A DNA stretch of 64,000 nt, from positions 11,602-75,601 of IMG/VR virus record IMGVR_UViG_3300035698_022014. One strand, written 5' to 3'. Below are positions 58,064 through 64,000 of the stretch, one piece after another (the first letter of the stretch is position 1; each line of letters begins with the position of its first letter). Origin of the DNA: a virus. The notes below the pieces were generated by a model. It did not search any database. It worked only from the letters and a program-made list of their open reading frames with translations, and had not been told where the DNA came from. The position numbers were made by a program, and so were the translations under genes.

Positions 58064-58483
58064 ATGGTAACTGTAGAACTGATGTGCGATCAAGTAGATG
58101 GTATTATACTAGCAGATCTGAAATCTGTTGTTAGAGGGATACTTAACGATCCGTGGGAATGTCACCACAACCTTGATGAGACATCCCACTGTGTGGATGC
58201 ATTCCTGAAAGTGATTGAATACTACACGATAGTAAAGGATTATCAAGATTTTGTTGAAACTTTGGACTTTGAAAAACTCAAAACAGTTTCACCTTCGTCT
58301 GATAAAGTTGTAGGACATGTAGATATGGTTAACATCACTGAAATGAAAGATGGTTCTGCAGTGGTCGATTTCACTGTTGATGTTGAAAATCAGGCGACGT
58401 TGATCGGAGAAGGATTCAAGTATTTGTTGATGAAAGCAGCACTTGGCAAGACAGACGATGATATCATGAAGGCCTTCGATTGA
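58064..58483 (+). CDS. Hypothetical protein
   Basis: GGAGG RBS. Confidence 0.6.
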   Translation: MVTVELMCDQVDGIILADLKSVVRGILNDPWECHHNLDETSHCVDAFLKVIEYYTIVKDYQDFVETLDFEKLKTVSPSSDKVVGHVDMVNITEMKDGSAVVDFTVDVENQATLIGEGFKYLLMKAALGKTDDDIMKAFD

Positions 58484-58893
58484 TTTACGAGGTATATAAT
58501 AAGCCTGAACGGATCGAGATTGCTTTGCTTGACGAAGCAATCTCGTTTGCGTGTGATTACCTACACGTAGACATTGATGTTGTGTTAGAATTTAAAAAAC
58601 TTAAAAAGCACGTCTGTGGGTTTTGTGATTACGAAGGGGACGATGTGGTCATTACTCTATCACGTCGACTGAACACAAACGACGTGGTGAGGACACTGTT
58701 CCACGAAATGGTCCATGTCAAACAGCACCATGATGGAAGGCTTGTACATGGACGTCCTAGCATGTGGATGGGCGTTCCACACACAGAAATCTACGAGAAT
58801 CTTCCATGGGAATTGGAGGCATTCGATCTCGAAAACAAGATGGTGGAGTTGTTCAGTGTTGACAACTACACATCGGAACTATCGACCACATAA
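58480..58893 (+). CDS. HExxH zincin-like metallopeptidase
   Basis: HEMVHVKQ, Y..LPWE.EA. Confidence 0.75.
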   Translation: MIYEVYNKPERIEIALLDEAISFACDYLHVDIDVVLEFKKLKKHVCGFCDYEGDDVVITLSRRLNTNDVVRTLFHEMVHVKQHHDGRLVHGRPSMWMGVPHTEIYENLPWELEAFDLENKMVELFSVDNYTSELSTT

Positions 58894-58905
58894 AGGAGAA
58901 CGTCT

Positions 58906-59796
58906 ATGTCGTCACGTGCACAGCTTATGAAGCAAAAAGGTTTGATCAGCCCTCCTAAATGGCTGACACCAAACATCCACTATGAAACTATTGCAGGTTC
59001 TCAATCGTATGGGATTAACACAGACGAATCGGACATGGACATTGTCGGTTTTTGCATTCCTCCGAAAGAAGATGTGTTTCCTCACCTCGCAGGCATCATC
59101 CCAGGATTTGGAACACAAAGAGACAAGTTCAATGTCTGGCAACAACATCACGTCACAGACAAAGAAACACGACAGGAATACGATTTTGCCATCTACTCCA
59201 TTGTATCCTATATGTCGCTTGCAATGGACAACAATCCGAACATTCTCGATTCGCTGTTCACGCCTCAACGGTGTGTGTTGTTTTGTACCACTGTAGCACA
59301 GCTTGTTCGTGACAACAGAAAATTATTCTTGCACAAAGGAAGCTACCAGAAATTCAGAGGATATATGTTCAGCCAACTGCACAAAATTGGCACAAAGGCA
59401 AACTCTGCCAATGAGAAAAGAGCAGCAAACATTGCCAAGTTTGGTTTTTGTACAAAATTTGCAACACATACAATCCGTCTCGGACTACAATGTGAACAGA
59501 TTCTTGTTGAGCACGATTTGGACATTGAACGTAATCGAGAAGTGCTTAAATCAGTTCGTCGTGGTGAATGGTCTTATGAAAGAATCAAAGAGTGGGCAAC
59601 GCAGAAAGAACGACACCTTGATGACTTATATCAGAAGTCGACACTTCAACAGGCACCAGACGAGCAAGCAATCAAAGAATTGTTGATGAACTGTCTCGAG
59701 CAACATTACGGCTCTCTTAGCACAGCAGTCAAGCGTGAAGTCCCTTTACATCGCATGGTCAACGAGCTTCAAGCGGTTATCGACAAGTATAGTTAA
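58906..59796 (+). CDS. Pol-beta superfamily nucleotidyltransferase (YcgL/RlaP-like)
   Basis: GSQSYG.....SDMD, NPN.L..LF, K.A.H..RL. Confidence 0.85.
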   Translation: MSSRAQLMKQKGLISPPKWLTPNIHYETIAGSQSYGINTDESDMDIVGFCIPPKEDVFPHLAGIIPGFGTQRDKFNVWQQHHVTDKETRQEYDFAIYSIVSYMSLAMDNNPNILDSLFTPQRCVLFCTTVAQLVRDNRKLFLHKGSYQKFRGYMFSQLHKIGTKANSANEKRAANIAKFGFCTKFATHTIRLGLQCEQILVEHDLDIERNREVLKSVRRGEWSYERIKEWATQKERHLDDLYQKSTLQQAPDEQAIKELLMNCLEQHYGSLSTAVKREVPLHRMVNELQAVIDKYS

Positions 59797-60098
59797 AGTT
59801 TATACTTCAGCATCGGATCATGAGCCCATGTTATATCTGCAAATGTCAGATAACTGATAGCATCTAGCCTTGTCATGTCAAACCATTCACCTTTCAACCG
59901 CTTGTAGCCAATGTCCTTGTGCAAGAATTTTTCTAATGTGCGGACATTGTCCTCAGACACCTGTATCGTATGATGCAAGTGTAGTGTTTCAGAGTTCCCT
60001 GTTTGCAATTGCTTCAGCCTTGCTTCGGGATTTTTGCTGAATCCTATTTTTTGCTTCGTCTCAGTTCCAATCACGTAGATTTCCATCACATTCTCCAA
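59793..60098 (-). CDS. GIY-YIG (T5orf172-like) domain protein
   Basis: IYVI...KIGFS.NP..RL.QLQTGN...E..LH......GEWF; AATAAATA upstream. Confidence 0.85.
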   Translation of the reverse strand: MENVMEIYVIGTETKQKIGFSKNPEARLKQLQTGNSETLHLHHTIQVSEDNVRTLEKFLHKDIGYKRLKGEWFDMTRLDAISYLTFADITWAHDPMLKYKL

Positions 60099-60177
60099 TA
60101 AAACAATATTTATTAGAGTTGACTTCTGATTGTAACCATTATACGTTGATTGGGAACTACAAGGGATACGTCAACAG

Positions 60178-60417
60178 GTGGTCTACATGAAAATAACTTG
60201 CTCTGTGTGTGGCCTTCGTTGTAATCAGTCTATAATGCGAAACGAAAAGGTTTATGTTGAAACAGGGAAGTCCAAACAAGGTCTTTCGTGGGCAACATGG
60301 ATTGGAGCGTTGTTCGGAAATCGAAAGAGTCGCCGAGCAGTGTGGACATGGATTTTCAATTCAGGCCAGAGAACCTATAGCAGAAAGAGAACTGTCTGGT
60401 TCTGTCAAAACTGCTAG
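60178..60417 (+). CDS. Hypothetical zinc-ribbon protein
   Basis: CSVC...CQNC. Confidence 0.5.
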   Translation: MVYMKITCSVCGLRCNQSIMRNEKVYVETGKSKQGLSWATWIGALFGNRKSRRAVWTWIFNSGQRTYSRKRTVWFCQNC

Positions 60418-60474
60418 AGTACACGTACAAAACATCCTCGTTGACAAACACCTGTAGTTGAGGTTATAATAAAC

Positions 60475-60729
60475 ATGCAAAACAACATAGACGTGGAGTC
60501 AAAAACAATGATCACAATAGCTTCCATCAAATTGTTAAAAGTCGGCGAGCCCGACTCAGTTATTATGACCAACACCATCACAGAAGAAATTCGAGGTATT
60601 GTAGATATTGTTCACACTGCAAACCATGTAATTTTCAAAGTCAAAAACATCAAGCACGGTGGAACTTCAGAGGTCGTGTTTCGCGCTGACAGAGTACTGA
60701 TGTACTACACGTTCTTTGAGGAAGTATAA
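60475..60729 (+). CDS. Hypothetical protein
   Basis: Downstream of TTGACA-N18-TATAAT; start may be the ATG at 60508. Confidence 0.5.
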   Translation: MQNNIDVESKTMITIASIKLLKVGEPDSVIMTNTITEEIRGIVDIVHTANHVIFKVKNIKHGGTSEVVFRADRVLMYYTFFEEV

Positions 60730-60733
60730 ACAC

Positions 60734-61114
60734 ATGAACATCGAACTCACGTCCGATTTTGACAGAAACGTTGTCGAAAGATTTATTACCTTTTTATGTT
60801 CGGAATTGAACATTGTGCCACGAGAGCTAACGATCGCAACGTATCACATGTCTGACGCTCTGGGGATGTGCATTGATACGTCTCCAGACGAGTTTATCAT
60901 TCTTGTTAATGAGGAAGAGAGAAAGCCGATTGATATCTTTGTCACAATTGCTCATGAGATGGTTCACGTGAAGCAGTATATGAAAGACAATCTGGGGTGG
61001 TTTCTTGATAATCGGTCTGATATCCCTTACATGAAACGGTGGTGGGAGGTGGAGGCTTACAAAGACTCTGTCACACTGGTTGAAAAGTTTATACACACCA
61101 TCCAAAAAAATTAA
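60734..61114 (+). CDS. HExxH zincin-like metallopeptidase (paralog of 58480-58893)
   Basis: AHEMVHVKQY, PY..RWWE.EA. Confidence 0.75.
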   Translation: MNIELTSDFDRNVVERFITFLCSELNIVPRELTIATYHMSDALGMCIDTSPDEFIILVNEEERKPIDIFVTIAHEMVHVKQYMKDNLGWFLDNRSDIPYMKRWWEVEAYKDSVTLVEKFIHTIQKN

Positions 61115-61193
61115 ATTGAAAAATTCCAAGTTTGTTTGTCGAACTTGGAATTTTTGTTATAAATAGACTTACAATTCCACTAGAGAGAAGAAA

Positions 61194-61301
61194 ATGAACA
61201 TTCTACAAACAACATCATCGCTGCAGTACTGGGGACCGAATAATATCAATTCAGGTCGCATTGCATCCGTGAGCAAGATAGCCAAGGCTGCTTTAGAATA
61301 G
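61194..61301 (+). CDS. 35-aa late peptide (possible leader peptide; not in the ORF track)
   Basis: TATAAATA at 61158-61165, purine-rich RBS, MNILQTTSSLQYWGPNNINSGRIASVSKIAKAALE. Confidence 0.5.
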   Translation: MNILQTTSSLQYWGPNNINSGRIASVSKIAKAALE

Positions 61302-61330
61302 AAATGTTTACAAAAACTCTATTCTAAAGC

Positions 61331-61360
61331 AGCCCTGATATTATTATCAGGGTTTTTTTT
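61331..61360 (+). terminator. Intrinsic terminator overlapped by an upstream 17-bp hairpin
   Basis: CCCTGATA-ttat-TATCAGGG-T8. Confidence 0.85.
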
Positions 61361-61521
61361 GTTTTAGTGGTTGACCAAAAGTATGAATGAGTATAATAGT
61401 AACACTGCGGACATCCAAAAAAAGGAAGTTCGAAACGATAAAATGGTCCTCTTAACAAGGGTCCGACGCTCTTTAAATCTAACCGTACCTTATGATCTTA
61501 GAGAATCTTCTCGATAATAGA

Positions 61522-61631
61522 TTGAAAGCAGGATGTTTGAACAATACATGTTCAAACTCTGCGTGAGGCAAGAATTGGTGCGCTGCTCTTCGGAGTGTGT
61601 GTACACGACGATTGTTGCCTTCTGCTTTCAG
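61522..61631 (+). ncRNA. Candidate structured ncRNA (three-way junction)
   Basis: Closing stem UGAAAGCAG/CUGCUUUCA, a 9-bp hairpin, and a long hairpin capped by cUUCGg. Confidence 0.5.
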
Positions 61632-61754
61632 CTACATTGCCCCCAACCAATAAACAATGTAGCTGAAAACAGAAGAACTCACTACAACATTAGATGTTGA
61701 CATGTTTGGTGTTGTATCGTAAAAAGATGTAGTAATCAAAAAAGAGGCAAAGAG

Positions 61755-61967
61755 ATGAACATGAAGCGAGTCGAAAATGACTGGGTAAAGATTGCCCAAG
61801 AGTCTGTCAGAGTCGAACAAATTGGCGGTGCTGTATATGCTTTTTGTTCCGAAATTGCTGCATTGCGGTTGTTTCATAAGTATCGTGCAACAGATGAGAG
61901 TAAGATTCACGCAAACTACAGTGAAAACCTAAAGACTTGGTTTTTTAGTCTTGAGCTTCGGGATTAA
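61755..61967 (+). CDS. Conserved phage hypothetical protein
   Basis: Y.F.SE.A.LRL..KY...YS.NL..WFF.L. Confidence 0.65.
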   Translation: MNMKRVENDWVKIAQESVRVEQIGGAVYAFCSEIAALRLFHKYRATDESKIHANYSENLKTWFFSLELRD

Positions 61968-62001
61968 GAAATTGTTATGCTGACATTGAAGGAACTAGAC
62001 A

Positions 62002-62217
62002 ATGATTCGGAACAAAATTGAAAATCGTGAAATTATTTTGGACCTCACAGGACCTGACGGCAATGCATACGCTCTAATGGGCTATGCGAGAGACTTTGCA
62101 AAACAACTAGGAATTGATCATGAGCCGATCACAAATGAAATGAAAAGTGGTGATTACGAAAATCTCGTACTTACCTTTGATAGATACTTCGGACGTATCG
62201 TAACTTTGGAGCGTTAA
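62002..62217 (+). CDS. Conserved phage hypothetical protein
   Basis: DLTGPDGNA..LMG, M.SGDYE.L...FD..FG. Confidence 0.75.
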   Translation: MIRNKIENREIILDLTGPDGNAYALMGYARDFAKQLGIDHEPITNEMKSGDYENLVLTFDRYFGRIVTLER

Positions 62218-62218
62218 T

Positions 62219-62383
62219 ATGGATGTTTATGAAACCAACGGCTTTGCGAATCGCAAAGAATATCTAGAATCACTTGGAGAGGAGTATGGCCACATTGTTT
62301 TCGAACTCGCAGATCTTCTAGGTCCAAATGAAGACTTCGACGGATTGGTCACGTCACTAGAAGATTACTGCGAATTGTGCTAA
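62219..62383 (+). CDS. Small acidic conserved phage protein (not in the ORF track)
   Basis: NG..NR.EYL.SL.EEYG...LA..LG..EDFDGLV..LED. Confidence 0.7.
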   Translation: MDVYETNGFANRKEYLESLGEEYGHIVFELADLLGPNEDFDGLVTSLEDYCELC

Positions 62384-62424
62384 TCAACACTAACGAGACT
62401 TTTCAAACTGTTTGAAAATAGCTG

Positions 62425-62453
62425 TTGACAGTAAGTGATAATTAAACTATGCT
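62425..62453 (+). promoter_or_regulatory. Sigma70-type promoter for the tRNA cluster
   Basis: TTGACA-N17-TATGCT. Confidence 0.65.
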
Positions 62454-62570
62454 AGCATTAAGAAACAACATTATTTAAAAATCAATTTATAATCCTTGAA
62501 TTGGAAATTATGTGATCAGGTTGGGTGACGAGCCCGTAATCCCTGATTGACTATTTTATTATACTAACCT

Positions 62571-62654
62571 GGGCAGGTGGCTGAGTGGTCGAAGGCGGGG
62601 GACTGTAAATCCCTTTTGAAAGACGCGGTGGTTCAAATCCATCCCTGCTCACCA
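62571..62654 (+). tRNA. tRNA-Tyr(GTA)
   Basis: Full cloverleaf, GGGGA-CTGTAAA-TCCCT anticodon arm, long variable arm, A73, encoded CCA. Confidence 0.92.
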
Positions 62655-62923
62655 GATACAATACAATACAACAAGAAAAGAGTTATCTCTGCATATAACA
62701 TATTTTGTTAGAGCGGCTTTGCTGCACAAATAATGAAAGTTTATAACTTGTTGTGTTGTTAAAAATTGGTACTGGATTTAATATTCGGTTGAATCGCACA
62801 TAGGCGAAAGCACAGTGTAGAGCCTACCACATTCACGACACTATATTCGAGATGCGGGAACTGCAGATGTCCGACAGCATAGATAAACACATAAACCTGG
62901 TAGTGTCGTGAATAATTAATAAC

Positions 62924-62959
62924 GGACCATTAGCTCAGTTGGTTAGAGCAGCGGACTTA
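62924..62959 (+). pseudogene. tRNA 5' half truncated in the anticodon loop
   Basis: GGACCAT-TA-GCTC-AGTTGGTTA-GAGC-A-GCGGA-CTT, followed directly by the endonuclease leader. Confidence 0.8.
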
Positions 62960-63035
62960 AATCTCTTTTTGTATAAATAATAGCGTGGATCTTGGCATAC
63001 CAAGATCCATCTACTCTAGAATGCAAAAAGAGATT
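62960..63035 (+). promoter_or_regulatory. Late promoter flanked by an anti-RBS pairing (homing endonuclease control region)
   Basis: AATCTCTTTTTG (62960-62971) pairs with CAAAAAGAGATT (63024-63035); TATAAATA at 62972-62979. Confidence 0.75.
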
Positions 63036-63040
63036 CCAAC

Positions 63041-63703
63041 ATGAAACTATTTATATGCTGCCATTGTGGTAGTGAGCGTAAGAATGTAAACTCGTGGAAA
63101 AATCACGAACGAACTTGTCCATCTAATTCAAGCCGAAAATACAAAAATGGTATGACTGGTAAAAAAGGATCTAATCAACATACTAAGGCCAAAGAGTTGG
63201 GCAAACCTAAACCAGAAGTGTCAACAGAAACGCGCAACAAAATTAGAAATTCCAATATTGACCGAAAGCATACTCAGCAAACCAAAGATAAAATATCAAA
63301 GGCAAGATTGAAATACCTTGCTGAAAATCCTGACAAGGTTCCTTACAAATTAAACCATTATAGCAAAGGCCCGTCATATCCTGAAAGATATTGGAAGAAA
63401 GTTTTTGATAAGTTAAGAATTGAATATGTCGAACAATACCGAATACACACCTATCAGTTAGACTTTGCCTTAGTAGAAGAAAAGATTGACATTGAAATAG
63501 ACGGAGAACAGCATTATCAAGACGAAAGAATAGTAAAGAGTGATAAGCGTAGAAACGAATATCTTGAAGGTCTAGGTTGGAAAATAATAAGAATTCGTTG
63601 GTCAGAATATAAAAAGCTGATTGACAAACAAGATAGAATAGCTTATGTTGCTAGAATATTAAACAAAATACGGACGGGTACCCAAGTGGACAAAGGGAAC
63701 TGA
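63041..63703 (+). mobile_element. Free-standing homing endonuclease (zinc finger + NUMOD3-like + DUF559/Vsr-like nuclease)
   Basis: C..C...H...C, KHTQQTKDKIS, YQLDFA...IEIDGEQH...D..R..YL...GW.I.RI.W; the last 10 codons overlap tRNA-Lys. Confidence 0.85.
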
Positions 63704-63755
63704 CTTTTAATCAGTCGCGTAAGCTTCGAGGGTTCGAATCCCTCCCCGTTCACCA
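63672..63755 (+). tRNA. tRNA with Lys(TTT) anticodon on a Tyr-type class II body
   Basis: GGACGGG/CCCGTTC acceptor, ACTGA-CTTTTAA-TCAGT, 12-nt variable region, GAGGG-TTCGAAT-CCCTC, ACCA. Confidence 0.88.
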
Positions 63756-63773
63756 CTTAACAGTTTAAATATT

Positions 63774-63848
63774 GCGCCAGTAGTTCAGTGGTAGAGCATC
63801 TTACTCTCAAACCGCGTGTCCTAGGTTCAAATCCTAGATGGTTCACCA
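63774..63848 (+). pseudogene. Chimeric tRNA-like sequence (nominal CTC anticodon) whose halves do not pair
   Basis: Good D and T arms and CCA, but acceptor GCGCCAG/ATGGTTC has 2 mismatches and anticodon stem TCTTA/ACCGC does not pair. Confidence 0.75.
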
Positions 63849-63894
63849 AAAAATGATATGGGATGATCAAATCCTGTGGTCAATACTAAATAAC

Positions 63895-63981
63895 GGAAGA
63901 TGATTTAATCTGGTGATTAAGACTGATTGCTAATCAAATCGTGGAGAAATCCATGGGGTTCAATTCCTCCTTCTTCCGCCA
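63895..63981 (+). tRNA. tRNA-Ser(GCT), somewhat atypical
   Basis: GGAAGA/TCTTCC acceptor, TGA-TTGCTAA-TCA, long variable arm GTGGA/TCCAT, G73, CCA. Confidence 0.8.
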
Positions 63982-64000
63982 ATAACAAAGTATATTTTGC

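Noticed and set aside
62960-63810. Group I intron in the tRNA anticodon loop
   Set aside because: No catalytic core is seen, there is no terminal G at the putative 3' junction, and the insert contains a complete tRNA
63774-63848. Functional tRNA-Glu(CTC)
   Set aside because: The anticodon stem cannot pair and the acceptor stem has two mismatches; treated as a chimera
1-64000. CRISPR array, rRNA, integrase or IS element
   Set aside because: No regularly spaced direct repeats or diagnostic motifs seen by eye; a short, degenerate array could have been missed

Overview
A 64-kb fragment of a large T4-like myophage genome. The gene order resembles T4-like phages of Alphaproteobacteria, but the host is only inferred. 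Left to right: (1) a baseplate/tail module at 1-19.8 kb (VrlC-like, gp8, gp7, gp6, gp25, an M15 peptidase protein, gp5, hub, split gp53, gp48, gp4, gp2, gp54, gp26, gp51, tape measure); (2) a minus-strand replication block (dUTPase, RegA, gp62/44/45, DexA-like, split gp43, gp46/47, gp55, UvsW/Y, gp3) enclosing a 7-deazaguanine DNA-modification cluster (QueD, QueE with an in-frame amber codon, phosphoribosyltransferase, FolE, DpdL-like, DpdA/TGT-like; no QueC in the window); (3) a plus-strand accessory region (CCA-adding enzyme, TilS-like, macrodomain, topoisomerase gp39+60 and gp52, nucleotidyltransferase) ending in a tRNA cluster invaded by a homing endonuclease. The most unusual signals are a 1237-aa, apparently capsid-packaged PARP-type (H-Y-E) ADP-ribosyltransferase; preQ1-I-like pseudoknots at the ribosome-binding sites of queD and folE; a tRNA-Lys(UUU) built on a tRNA-Tyr scaffold; two complementary tRNA halves about 850 nt apart; an ArfA/BrfA-like small gene whose stop codon lies in a long hairpin; a DNA polymerase split inside its exonuclease domain; and a pseudogene whose two lesions both sit in perfect inverted repeats. 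All family assignments come from motif recognition by eye; no database searches were run.
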